Positions 1-10,908 of a stretch of DNA of 64,000 nt are shown here, piece after piece (positions within the stretch are counted from its first letter, which is position 1; each line of letters starts with the position of its first letter). The stretch is from Thermoplasmata archaeon. GTDB lineage: Archaea; Thermoplasmatota; Thermoplasmata; Lutacidiplasmatales; UBA184. The notes under the pieces are model-generated. The model saw nothing but the letters and a program-made list of their open reading frames with translations, was not told where the DNA came from and searched no databases. The position numbers and the translations under genes are program-made. The stretch covers positions 26 to 64,025 of the forward strand of contig JASHPK010000035.1 in the NCBI GenBank assembly GCA_030038095.1, given 5' to 3'.

Positions 1-1
1 C

Positions 2-592
2 CGCGAGTGGGTCGATCCGTCCCGGGGCCGCGAAGATCACGGCCGCGGGCTTCAGCGGATGGGCGCGGATCGCGACCATCGGCGAGCGGCCGTACTTCAC
101 GTTCGAGAAGATCAGGGCCCGCTGGGTCGTCCAGCCGTACACTTCGACGAAGTGCGAGGCATCGATCGACAGGATGGCGCGAGGCGCGTCCAGCACGGTG
201 AATCCGTGGATATCGCGGTGGAGGTCCACCGGGCTCACCGCACGCGCTTCGAGCTGGTCGGCGAGCGTCTTCAAGGGGATCGCCACCGCAAACTCCCGCA
301 TGCCGAGAATTCCCTCGGAGTGGGGGCGCAATCCGAGCCGCTGGCCGATGCGACCTCCGTTCTGCGCGTCCAACGAGAGCAGGCCGTCGACGTACCGGCG
401 GATGAACCCCGCTCCCGGACTGACCCGTCGCTCGGACTCGTAGTCGCTGATCACCGAAGGGACCGTCGTGAGATGTTTGGCCAGGTCCCGCTGGGAGATC
501 CCGAAATCCTCGCGCCACTTGCGGAGCGTGCGTCCGGGGTGGGGCGAGAGCACGACCTCCCCGGCGATCTTCTCGCGGAGCTCCGCGTCCAC
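2..592 (-). CDS. Archaeal XRE-family HTH transcriptional regulator (COG1709-like), 3'-truncated by window edge
   Basis: Manual translation from GTG at 592: MDAELREKIAGEVVLSPHPGRTLRKWREDFGISQRDLAKHL..SVISDYES..YGWTTQRALIF..GRSPMVAIR. TATA-like TTTATA about 25 nt upstream. Not in the ORF track because its stop lies outside the window. Confidence 0.85.
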   Translation of the reverse strand, partial: MDAELREKIAGEVVLSPHPGRTLRKWREDFGISQRDLAKHLTTVPSVISDYESERRVSPGAGFIRRYVDGLLSLDAQNGGRIGQRLGLRPHSEGILGMREFAVAIPLKTLADQLEARAVSPVDLHRDIHGFTVLDAPRAILSIDASHFVEVYGWTTQRALIFSNVKYGRSPMVAIRAHPLKPAAVIFAAPGRIDPLA

Positions 593-694
593 GGGGCCGC
601 ACGAGGAGGTGCCCGGTATAAAGCGGTGTTCGTCCTGTCGGTCCTAGGGCTCGACAGCTGCCGAAGACACCGCCGAGCCCATGACCTCGGGGAG

Positions 695-799
695 TGGACC
701 GGGCGAGACTCTCCGGGCCGCGGGCGATCGCCCCCGTCCCCTTTGAACTCGCGACCTCTACCTTGCCAAGGTAGCGATCTTCCGCTGATCTACCGGCCC
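695..799 (-). tRNA. tRNA-Ala(GGC) interrupted by a 33-nt intron in the T-loop
   Basis: Spliced sequence GGGCCGG-TA-GATCAGCGGAAGATC-G-CTACC TTGGCAA GGTAG-AGGTC-GCGAG TTCAAA^T CTCGC-CCGGTCC-A folds as a 72-nt cloverleaf with G3:U70; CCA not encoded. Confidence 0.93.
709..741 (-). other. tRNA intron at non-canonical position 59/60 (relaxed BHB)
   Basis: Intron GGGGACGGGGGCGATCGCCCGCGGCCCGGAGAG. Junction GCGAG TTCA AAG GGG..CCC GGAG AGT CTCGC gives two 3-nt bulges around a 4-nt central helix with one A.G mismatch. Confidence 0.88.
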
Positions 800-969
800 A
801 CGCCGGCGGCCGAGTCGGAGCGTGGGATAACCGTTTCGCGTGCGCCGCCTCCCCGGAGGGTCGATTGACCGCCCCCGGGCGATCTGCGCCTCGGAGCCGT
901 GGGGGACCGGCGGCGGCGCTCCGCCGCGCGAGCCAAACCCTTATTGGGTCCGTCCGGCTCGGTTGGCCG

Positions 970-1329
970 ATGGCGGAAGGGCAGTCGTCCGGCGAGCCGA
1001 TCGACATCATCCTGCAATCGAGCCGAGATCTGCTGCGGCCCGAGGAGCTCGTGCGCGAGGCGACCCGGGACATTGTCAAGGAGGAGATCCGGCGCCATCT
1101 CGAGCGGACCCTCAAGGAGAACCCGAAGCTCGACCAGGAGCTCCGCGACGCGGTGCGCGAGCTCCTCGAGGCCCGGGCGAAGGAGTATGCCGCGCTCCTG
1201 AAGGTCGGAGCGTCGACGGCGCGGCTCGGCCTCTCGGCGCTGCCGGCCGACGTCCGCCGGACCCTGACGAAGCAGATCGTCGACCTCGTCTCGGACGAGC
1301 TCGGGCAGATCGTGGAGAAGTCGCTCTAG
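970..1329 (+). CDS. Hypothetical alpha-helical protein
   Basis: MAEGQSSGEPIDIILQ..; host-like codon usage; ends 2 nt before the PAC2 gene. Confidence 0.75.
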   Translation: MAEGQSSGEPIDIILQSSRDLLRPEELVREATRDIVKEEIRRHLERTLKENPKLDQELRDAVRELLEARAKEYAALLKVGASTARLGLSALPADVRRTLTKQIVDLVSDELGQIVEKSL

Positions 1330-1331
1330 CT

Positions 1332-2147
1332 ATGCCGATGCCTCCGGACCAGGTGCGGATCTACGAGATCAAGCGCATCGACGTCGAAGGCGCGATCGTC
1401 ATCGACGGGTTTCCCTCGGTCGGCCTCGTGAGCTCGATCGTCGCGAACTACCTCATCGACACGCTCGAGATGGAGCAGATCGGGATCGTCGAGTCCCCTG
1501 CCTTCCCGACCGTCTCGCTCGTCCGGAACGGGGACCCGCAGCACCCGGTGCGCATCTACGCCGGGCGGCCTCCCGCGGACCGGGCCGGGCGCGGGGCCGA
1601 CAAGATCGTCGCGTTCGTCTCCGAGTTCCACCCGGCGCCCACGATCATCCATCCGCTCGCGACCGCGATCCTCGACTGGGTGCAGGAGCAGCGGGCTTCG
1701 CTCCTGGTCTCCCCCGAGGGCCTGGTCGTGGAGGCGGCCGAGCACGGCAAGTCGGGCGGCCGCGGGCCGCGGCTCAACGACGTGAAGGTCTACGGGGTCG
1801 CGAGCACGCGCAAGGCGCGCGAGCTCTACATCGAACCGAATATGATCCCGTTCGTCGAGGGCGTGATCACCGGTATCGCCGGGGTCCTGCTGAACGAGGG
1901 ACGGCGCCGGGGGTTCGACGTGCTCACCTTCCTGGCCGAGGCGCAGTCGGATTACCCCGACGCGCGGGCCGCGGCGAAGGTGATCGAGACGATCAACCGG
2001 ATCCTGTTGCGGACGCCGCTCGACCCCGTCCCGCTCTACCACGAGGCGGAGCGGATCGAGCAGCAGCTGCTCTCGATCCAGCGGCGGGCGGCCGAGCGCG
2101 GGCGGGGCGACCAGGCGGTCCCGACGTCCCAGCCGATGTACCGCTGA
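1332..2147 (+). CDS. PAC2-family proteasome assembly chaperone (PbaA/PbaB-like)
   Basis: Motifs IDGFPSVGLVSSIVANYLI, HPVRIY, GVITGIAGVLL, YPDARAAAKVIE. Confidence 0.88.
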   Translation: MPMPPDQVRIYEIKRIDVEGAIVIDGFPSVGLVSSIVANYLIDTLEMEQIGIVESPAFPTVSLVRNGDPQHPVRIYAGRPPADRAGRGADKIVAFVSEFHPAPTIIHPLATAILDWVQEQRASLLVSPEGLVVEAAEHGKSGGRGPRLNDVKVYGVASTRKARELYIEPNMIPFVEGVITGIAGVLLNEGRRRGFDVLTFLAEAQSDYPDARAAAKVIETINRILLRTPLDPVPLYHEAERIEQQLLSIQRRAAERGRGDQAVPTSQPMYR

Positions 2148-3369
2148 CGCCCGAGCCGGGGATCCGCTCGAGCATCTCGCGAAGACCGGCGGTGAGCGTC
2201 GCGACGTCGCGGCGGTCGTTGTAGAAGTAGAACGACGCGCGGACGTTCCCCTCGAGCCCCCGCGCCAGGTACCAGGAGTGGACGCAGTGCATTCCCGACC
2301 GGACCATGACCCGGTACCCCTCGTCGAGGAAGACCGCGGCGTCGTTCGCGTCGATCCCTTCGAGGGAGAACGCGAAGATGCTCGGGCGCTCCTCGGGGTC
2401 CGGGGGGCCGAGGACCCGGAGCCGGGGCTCGCCCGCGAAGGCGCTCGAGATTTCCCGGTTGAGGGCGAGCTGCTGGGCCCGGATCTCGTCGAACCCGAGT
2501 TCGCCGAGGTACTCGATCGCCGCGTGGGCCCCGATGACCCCCGCGTAGTTCTGGAGCCCCGCCTCGAAGCGGTGGGGCGGGGCGCGGAGGACGTGGCCGG
2601 AAAGGGTCGAGCGCTCGACCGTCTCCCCTCCGACCAGGAGGGGCCGCAGCTCGCGGAGCCGCTCGGGCGTGGAGGCGAGAAGACCGGTGCCCGTCGGCCC
2701 CAGCATCTTGTGCACACTGATCGCGTAGAAGTCGACGCCGAGCCGGTCGAGGTCGACCCGTTCGTGGGGGGCCGCCTGACAGCCATCGAACAGGACCAGC
2801 GCCCGGTGCGCGTGGGCCCGCTCGGTGATCTCCCGGATCGGGAGCGAATGCCCGTCGAGGTTCGAGGTGTGGAACAGGCTGACGAGCCGGACCCCCCGGG
2901 CGAGGGCCGGCTCGAGGGCCTCGGCGTCGAAGCCTCCCTCATCGGCGACGGGGAGGATCTCGATCCGGATCCCGCGCTCGGCCGCCAGCCGCTGCCAGAC
3001 GATCAGGTTCGAGTTGTGCTCGCGGTCGGAGATCAGGACCCGGTCGCCCTTCTTCCAGGGGAGCCCCTGCCCGACCAGATTGATCGCCTCCGTCGCGCCT
3101 CGCGTGAAGACGACGCCGTTCGGGTCGGCCCGGCCGAGAAACCGCGCGAACGCCTCCCGCGCCCCCTCGAACCGGCGGCCGACCTCCTCGGCGAAGCGGT
3201 GGAGGCTCCGGCCGCCGCACCCCGGATAGTCCCGGTAGTACCCCTCCATCGCTTCGAGGACCGCCCGCGGCACGAGCGACATGCACGCGGAGTCGAGGTA
3301 GACCGGCGCCGGTCGATCGGGCCGATCCTCGAGGGCGGGGAAGTCCCGGCGCACCGCCGAGACGTTCAC
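1993..3369 (-). CDS. Cysteine desulfurase-like class V PLP aminotransferase (SufS type)
   Basis: VYLDSAC, REHNSN, DGCQ, SVHKMLGPTGTG (PLP Lys), RFEAG, RSGMHC, VRASFYFYN. GTG overlaps the stop of the upstream amidohydrolase. Confidence 0.88.
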   Translation of the reverse strand: MNVSAVRRDFPALEDRPDRPAPVYLDSACMSLVPRAVLEAMEGYYRDYPGCGGRSLHRFAEEVGRRFEGAREAFARFLGRADPNGVVFTRGATEAINLVGQGLPWKKGDRVLISDREHNSNLIVWQRLAAERGIRIEILPVADEGGFDAEALEPALARGVRLVSLFHTSNLDGHSLPIREITERAHAHRALVLFDGCQAAPHERVDLDRLGVDFYAISVHKMLGPTGTGLLASTPERLRELRPLLVGGETVERSTLSGHVLRAPPHRFEAGLQNYAGVIGAHAAIEYLGELGFDEIRAQQLALNREISSAFAGEPRLRVLGPPDPEERPSIFAFSLEGIDANDAAVFLDEGYRVMVRSGMHCVHSWYLARGLEGNVRASFYFYNDRRDVATLTAGLREMLERIPGSGVSGTSAGTSGPPGRPARARPPAAGSRAAAARSAPPRGRAGRGRAASATGSG

Positions 3370-4556
3370 GACGGCCCCCGCTGAAGGCTCTCCGCCGCGG
3401 CGGCAAGGGCCGCGGCCCCGATCACGAGCGCGCGCTCGTCCGGGGCGAACGTCGGGCTGTGGAGTGTCGCGGGACGCTCGGGCTGCCCGACCCCCAGCCG
3501 GAGGAAGGTCCCCGGGACCTTCTCGAGATACCGGGAGAAGTCCTCGGCGCCCATCAGCGGATGGTCGACCTCGACCACGTGCTCCCGGCCGAGCTCGAGC
3601 TCGAGGCCCGCCACGACCGTCCGGGTCGCGTCGGCGGAGTTGATCAGGGAAGGGTACCCCCGCCGGTAGGCGATCTGGACCGAGGCCCCGAGGCTCGACG
3701 CGAGCGCGCGCACCCGGCGCTTCAGCGCCCGCTCGATCAGGTCCCGCGTCTCGGGGCGCAGGGTGCGCACGGTCCCCTCGAGGGTGACCTCGCTCGGGAG
3801 GATGTTGTCCTTCGTGCCGCCGTGGATCGATCCCACGCTGACCACGACCGGGTCGACCGGATCGCGCACGCGGGAGACGAGCGCCTGAAGCCCGGTGACG
3901 ATCTCGCTCGCGACCACGATCGCATCCGGCCCCTGGTGGGGCGACGCGGCGTGGCCGCCCCGGCCGCGGACGACGATCCGGAAGAAGTCGGCGGCCGCCA
4001 TGAACGGCCCGACCCGCCAGCCGATCACCCCCAGCGGGAGGCTCGGATCGACGTGCTGGCCGACCACGAAGGCGACCTTCGGGTCCTCGAGACAGCCGCG
4101 CTCGATGAGCGGGAGGGCCCCGCCGAGGTGGCCCTCCTCCTCGGCCGGCTGGAAGATCAGGCGGATCGGACCGAGCGGGGGCCGGGAACTTCGGGAGAGC
4201 ATCGCGGCCGCTCCGAGCAGGCAGGCGAGATGGACGTCGTGGCCGCACGCATGCATTCGACCGGCGAAGCGGGATCGGAACGGGAGCCCCGTCTCCTCGG
4301 TCACCGGGAGCGCATCCATGTCGGCCCGCAGCCCGACCACGGGACCCGGGCGATCCCTACCGATGGTGGCGACGACCCCCGGGAAGTCCTCGAACGTCGC
4401 GGCAGGGATCCCCAGCTCCCGCAACGCCCCGAGGACCTTGTCGCGGGTCTTCTGCTCCTGCAGGGAGAGCTCGGGCTCCTGGTGGAACGCGGTCCGCCAA
4501 GCCCGCATGGCCGGAAGGATGCGACGGGCGGCCGGCGTCCACGGCTCGGAGGTCAT
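3366..4556 (-). CDS. M20D-family amidohydrolase/peptidase
   Basis: FHQEPELSLQE, LRADMDALP, MHACGHDVH, FQPAEE, GRGGHAA, MGAEDF. Confidence 0.92.
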   Translation of the reverse strand: MTSEPWTPAARRILPAMRAWRTAFHQEPELSLQEQKTRDKVLGALRELGIPAATFEDFPGVVATIGRDRPGPVVGLRADMDALPVTEETGLPFRSRFAGRMHACGHDVHLACLLGAAAMLSRSSRPPLGPIRLIFQPAEEEGHLGGALPLIERGCLEDPKVAFVVGQHVDPSLPLGVIGWRVGPFMAAADFFRIVVRGRGGHAASPHQGPDAIVVASEIVTGLQALVSRVRDPVDPVVVSVGSIHGGTKDNILPSEVTLEGTVRTLRPETRDLIERALKRRVRALASSLGASVQIAYRRGYPSLINSADATRTVVAGLELELGREHVVEVDHPLMGAEDFSRYLEKVPGTFLRLGVGQPERPATLHSPTFAPDERALVIGAAALAAAAESLQRGPS

Positions 4557-4639
4557 GAGTGCGGCCCGAGGAGCCGGCCGCTCGATATAATGCGCGCGAT
4601 GGCCGAGCCGCCCGCCCCATCCTCGGGGGAGGCCCGGGC

Positions 4640-5389
4640 CTACGGACCCAGCAGCACGCGCTCGACGGCTGCGGGACGGCGGAACGAGTCGACCTCCGCG
4701 ACGTCGATTGGCGCAGGCCTCTCGGCTCCGAACCGGTTGAACCAGACCGCGCGGATCCCCGCCGCACGGGCCCCGAGGACGTCGTTCTCCCACGAGTCGC
4801 CGATCATCACCGCATTCTCCGGACCGGTTCCGCCTCGCTCGAGGGCGAGCCCGAAGATCCTCGGATCCGGCTTCGAGACCCCCACGGCCTCGGAGATGAT
4901 CATGAAGTCGACCAGTGCGGTCAGTCGGAGGAAGGCGAGCTTTTCGTCCTGCTCGGCGGCCTGATTGTTCGAGACCACCCCGACCCGGGCTCGCCGGTGG
5001 ACCCGCTCGAGGAGGCCCCGGACGCCCGGCACCGGTCGTCGCAGCTCCCGGTAGAACGAGCGGTAGAGGCTCGAAAGACGGGCCCCTTCCTCACGGATCG
5101 GCCTCGACCCGCAGAACTCGAGGAGCGTCGAGAACCGCTGGACGCGCGACTCAGCGACCGTGATGCGCCCGGCGACCACCGCCGGGTGCGCCTCTTCGAG
5201 AAGGCGGGAGTACTCGTGCCAGAGGTCGGAGAGGCTTCGAGATCGCAGCGCCCCCTCGGACCGCTGGAGCCTGGCGAGCGCGGCCCGGGAGGTGAGCGCA
5301 TGATCGAAGATCGTGTCGTCCATATCGAAAAGCACGAGGGGAGACCGGCCCCCGGGTTCACGGACGACCGCTCGTACTCGCTCGGTCAC
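4640..5389 (-). CDS. HAD-superfamily hydrolase (YjjG-like)
   Basis: LFDMDDTIFD, VSN, KPDPRIF, MIGDSWENDVLGA. Confidence 0.88.
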   Translation of the reverse strand: MTERVRAVVREPGGRSPLVLFDMDDTIFDHALTSRAALARLQRSEGALRSRSLSDLWHEYSRLLEEAHPAVVAGRITVAESRVQRFSTLLEFCGSRPIREEGARLSSLYRSFYRELRRPVPGVRGLLERVHRRARVGVVSNNQAAEQDEKLAFLRLTALVDFMIISEAVGVSKPDPRIFGLALERGGTGPENAVMIGDSWENDVLGARAAGIRAVWFNRFGAERPAPIDVAEVDSFRRPAAVERVLLGP

Positions 5390-5749
5390 TGGACTTCCTA
5401 ACCCGGACTGCACAAAGGACTAGGGGGGCCCGACGGAGTCGGGGGTCGGAGCGAGCGATGGTCGGCGCAGGGCGGGGCCACCTGAACTCTGTCGCCCTTT
5501 CGCCGAAGTCCTCGCCGCGTCCTGGAGCGGGGCATTTCACCCCATCGGCCATCGTTCCAAATCCTCCGAAGCATCAGTGGAGAACTGTGGGTCCAAGTTC
5601 TGTCCGGATCCGGTTCCCGCATGGCCGCTCAAGTGTTCTGCCCTCGGTCCGGACCGTCCGTCTTTCCCCTCGGCAGCTTGTCGTCCGACCACCGACACAC
5701 CCGCTATATACTCACCCAAAGGTGTGGAAACTCGGCAGGGACGATTGAG

Positions 5750-6553
5750 ATGGGGGGTTTCCTGGTATTCATGGTCCTAACGGCGGCCATGGGGCTTTCG
5801 ATTTTCCTGTCTCTTCCGGTCGTCTACAGCAAGCGGGCGCAAGGGCGGTGGGCGGTCGGACTCAACGCTGTGGCAATCGGAATTCTCATCTTCCTGCTGG
5901 CTGACGTCTTCTCCGACGTCTCCACCATCCTCTACCCGAGCGGGTACGTAGCCAATCTTGGGTATTCCATTGCGTTCGGTGTCGCGTTCGTCGGGGCCTT
6001 CCTCGCTCTGTATCTCGTGGACAATCTCAAGGGGCTCGGCCTGATTTCGCGGCGGAAGGTCCTTCCGTCGGCCACGCCGCCCACCGATAACGGGCCGTCG
6101 ACGACCGCCCTCATCATCGCCTTGGGCATCGGGCTCCAGAATCTCACCGAGGGCCTGGTCTTCGGGGTCAACTGGACCGCCGGCGCACTTGGCATCCTGG
6201 CGGTGGTCTTCGTGGGGTTTTTCCTGCAGAACGTCACCGAAGGATTCCCCATTGCCTCTCCGTTCCTCGCGACGGACGCTCGTCGTCGACTACCGACGAT
6301 GCTCGGTCTGTTCCTCATCGGCGGGCTTCCCACCATCGCGGGTGGCGCGATCGGCTACTTCTGGAGTAACGACCTCTTTCTGGTGGTTTTCGACGCCCTG
6401 GCCATTGGAGCCATCGCCTACGTGATCCTTCCGATGCTCCGGGTCGCATTTCGACCCTTGGAGTCGAGGGAAGCCTCGACGCGGCGGAACCAATTGGTCT
6501 ACCTGGGCGCCATGATCGGTTTCGCACTGGGCTTCGCGGTAAATGCGATTTAG
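5750..6553 (+). CDS. ZIP/GufA-family divalent metal transporter, copy 1
   Basis: About 8 hydrophobic segments; IGLQNLTEG and FLQNVTEGFPI motifs; TATATA at about 5705-5710; paralog of 48752-49513. Confidence 0.85.
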   Translation: MGGFLVFMVLTAAMGLSIFLSLPVVYSKRAQGRWAVGLNAVAIGILIFLLADVFSDVSTILYPSGYVANLGYSIAFGVAFVGAFLALYLVDNLKGLGLISRRKVLPSATPPTDNGPSTTALIIALGIGLQNLTEGLVFGVNWTAGALGILAVVFVGFFLQNVTEGFPIASPFLATDARRRLPTMLGLFLIGGLPTIAGGAIGYFWSNDLFLVVFDALAIGAIAYVILPMLRVAFRPLESREASTRRNQLVYLGAMIGFALGFAVNAI

Positions 6554-6729
6554 TGGCGCATAGTCCGTTTCCGAGCCGAATTGCCCGCTCGCTCCCTTTA
6601 ATCGATGCCCGAGTCCGCGGTATCCGCGAGGAGGATTCGCAACCCTCTCAATCCAGCCTCCGTCATCCCCACAGGTCACGGGAGCCGGGGTTGGCGTCCC
6701 GACGAAGGCCTTCGGCTCCGAGAGGACAC

Positions 6730-6757
6730 GACTCTCGAATATGGAGTCTTTTTATAT
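6730..6757 (+). promoter_or_regulatory. dnaK promoter: TATA box abutted by an inverted repeat GACTC-N9-GAGTC
   Basis: GACTC 6730-6734, GAGTC 6744-6748, TTTTTATAT 6749-6757. Confidence 0.5.
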
Positions 6758-6832
6758 GAGGGCTGACTTACCAAACGCGAAGGATAAGCCGAGCCGCTGC
6801 CTCGAGGGACGACGGCCGGTGGAGCAACAACC

Positions 6833-8725
<1,893 letters not shown>

Positions 8726-8743
8726 CGACGGGCCCGTTGGGTC

Positions 8744-9901
8744 CTAACGGGCCGAGCGGGGTCGGGGCCACTCGCGGCCCTTCGGGGGGCCGACGTACTC
8801 GATGTCAGGTCGGATCAGCCGGTTGTCCCGAGCTTGCTCGAGCGCGTGCGCGGTCCAACCGGTCGTGCGCGCGACCGCGAACGTCGGGGTGAACAGCTCG
8901 CGCGGCAGCCCGACCGCCTCGAGGACCACCGCGCTCCAGAACTCGACGTTCGTGTAGAGCCGCGCCCCCGGCTTCGCGGCGCGCAGGGCCGCCAGCACGT
9001 CCCGTTCCACGGACTCCGCGAGCGCGAGCCGGGACGGCTCGGCGACCTCCCGGGCGATGCGATGGAGGACGAGAGCCCTCGGGTCGTCGGTCTTGTACGC
9101 CCGGTGGCCGAACCCGAAGAAGACCTGTTTCCCGGCCAGGCGCTCCCGGATCCACCGCTCGGCTCGGTCGCTCGTCCCGATCGCGTCGAGCATGTCCGAG
9201 ACGAGGCTCGGAGCGCCGCCGTGCACCGGTCCCTTCAACGTGGCGAGGGCGGCCGTGGCGGCGCTCACGAGATCCGACTGCGTGGAGATCGCGGTCCGGA
9301 GCGCGAACGTCGAGGCGTTCATGCCGTGGTCCGCGAGGAGGGAGAGGTACCCGTCGAGCGCCGCCGCGCGGGCCGGCTCGGGGACCGCGCCCGAGAGCAT
9401 CCAGAGGTAGTTCGCCGCGTGGGAGAGGTCGGGGCGGGGGGCGACGGGAGGCTCGCCCCGGGTCCGCCGGACGAACCGGGCGAGGAGCACCGGGGTCCGA
9501 GCGATGAGGCGATACCCCTCTGCGAGGCGGGGAGGGTAGCCGTAGCTCCCGTCGCCGAGCGAGGAGAGGATCGTGCGCAGCGCGTCGAGCGGAGGCAGCT
9601 CGGGGGAGAGGGCGTCGACGACCCGTTCGATCGCCGCCGGGACCCGCTCGTTCTCCCGGAGGGCGCGGACCACTTCGGGGGACGGATCGCTCTCGGGCGG
9701 ATCGCCGTGGAGCACGAGGTGGGCGATCGACTCGTACGGGACTCCCGGCACGAGGGTGCGCACGTCGAACCCGCGGTAGACCAGGTCGCCGGTCTCCCCG
9801 CCGACCCACGAGATCTCCGACGTGCCCACTACGACGTCATCGAGACCCTTCGACGCGTGACGCGAGCCGGGCACGCGCGAGCGAGCGCGGGCTCGACTCA
9901 T
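8744..9901 (-). CDS. Citrate synthase / 2-methylcitrate synthase
   Basis: KGLDDVV, LVYRG, DHGMNASTF, KGPVHGGA, GFGHRAYKTDDPRA, NVEF, NRLIRP. Confidence 0.92.
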   Translation of the reverse strand: MSRARARSRVPGSRHASKGLDDVVVGTSEISWVGGETGDLVYRGFDVRTLVPGVPYESIAHLVLHGDPPESDPSPEVVRALRENERVPAAIERVVDALSPELPPLDALRTILSSLGDGSYGYPPRLAEGYRLIARTPVLLARFVRRTRGEPPVAPRPDLSHAANYLWMLSGAVPEPARAAALDGYLSLLADHGMNASTFALRTAISTQSDLVSAATAALATLKGPVHGGAPSLVSDMLDAIGTSDRAERWIRERLAGKQVFFGFGHRAYKTDDPRALVLHRIAREVAEPSRLALAESVERDVLAALRAAKPGARLYTNVEFWSAVVLEAVGLPRELFTPTFAVARTTGWTAHALEQARDNRLIRPDIEYVGPPKGREWPRPRSAR

Positions 9902-9958
9902 AGCGTGAGCGCTTCCACCGCCGGAAATCTTAAGGAGGAGAGGCCCGTCGCGCCGCCG

Positions 9959-10201
9959 ATGGTGGACGGTCCGGGCCAGCTGCTCGAGCGGGTGGTCCAG
10001 CAGCGGGTGACGCTCCTGCTGAAGGACTCCCGCCAGCTTTCGGGGAAGCTCGTCGGGATCGACGAGCACCTGAACCTCGTTCTCGACGACACGGACGAGA
10101 CGACGGCGGAGCTGTCCCGGCATCTCGGCCGGGTCGTCCTGCGCGGCTCGAACGTCGTTACGCTCCACGCGCCGCACGGGGCGAGCGGGAAGACCGCGTG
10201 A
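9959..10201 (+). CDS. Sm-like (Lsm/SmAP) RNA-binding protein
   Basis: Sm1 GKLVGIDEHLNLVLDD and Sm2 LGRVVLRGSNV; 80 aa. Confidence 0.92.
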   Translation: MVDGPGQLLERVVQQRVTLLLKDSRQLSGKLVGIDEHLNLVLDDTDETTAELSRHLGRVVLRGSNVVTLHAPHGASGKTA

Positions 10202-10908
10202 CCGTGCCCGCCTCCGCCCCGAGCCCGCCCGAGCGCCTCCGGCCGCGTCCGAAGGGAGAAGCGCTCGCGGTGCTGAAGCTCCTCGCCCACCTCGGAGCGG
10301 ACCACGCCGAGGTCGTCCTCACTTCCCGTGAGGTCGGGGAGCGGATCGGCGTCAGCCAGCAGGCGGCGGACCGGTATCTCCTCGGGCTCGAGAAGCGCGG
10401 GCTCCTCACGCGCTCGCTCGCCCAGCGACGCCAGCGCCTCGCGCTGTCCCCGGCGGGACTCGAGCTGCTCCGCGCGGAGTACCACTCCTATCGGCGGATC
10501 TTCGAGGGGCCGGCGAAGCTGTCCTTCTCGGGGGTCGTCACGAGCGGTCTCGGAGAGGGCCGGTACTACCTCAGCCAGCCCGGGTACGTCGTCCAGTTCT
10601 CCGAGCGACTCGGCTACTCCCCGTTTCCCGGGACCCTCAACGTCCGCCTCACCGACCGGGCGCTCCGCAAGGTCGGCCTCGTCGGGGAGTGGACCGGCAT
10701 CCGGATCGACGGCTTTCACGCGAGCGGACGGACGTTCGGCGGTGCCACGTGCTTCCGGGCCCGGATGAACGGCCATCCGTGCCACCTCATCCGGCCCGAC
10801 CGCTCCCACTACAAGGACGTCGTGGAATTCGTCGCTTCGGACTGTCTCCGAGAAGCGCTCTCGCTCCAGGACGGGTCGGCGGTCGAGGTCGACATCGAGG
10901 AGTCGTGA
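10198..10908 (+). CDS. ribK: HTH-fused CTP-dependent riboflavin kinase (RbkR-type)
   Basis: N-terminal wHTH (SREVGERIGVSQQAADR); kinase motifs SGLGEGRYY, PFPGTLN, GRTFGG. Confidence 0.92.
   Translation: MTVPASAPSPPERLRPRPKGEALAVLKLLAHLGADHAEVVLTSREVGERIGVSQQAADRYLLGLEKRGLLTRSLAQRRQRLALSPAGLELLRAEYHSYRRIFEGPAKLSFSGVVTSGLGEGRYYLSQPGYVVQFSERLGYSPFPGTLNVRLTDRALRKVGLVGEWTGIRIDGFHASGRTFGGATCFRARMNGHPCHLIRPDRSHYKDVVEFVASDCLREALSLQDGSAVEVDIEES

Noticed and set aside
1993..2147. 155-nt convergent overlap of the cysteine desulfurase and PAC2 genes as a regulatory feature
   Set aside because: The overlap encodes a low-complexity tail best explained by stop-codon drift in a GC-rich genome.
5400..5745. 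ORB-like fragments (GTTCCA, CAGTGGAGAAC, GTGGAAAC) suggesting a replication origin
   Set aside because: Only partial matches, no repeated full ORB, no AT-rich unwinding element and no orc1/cdc6 gene nearby.
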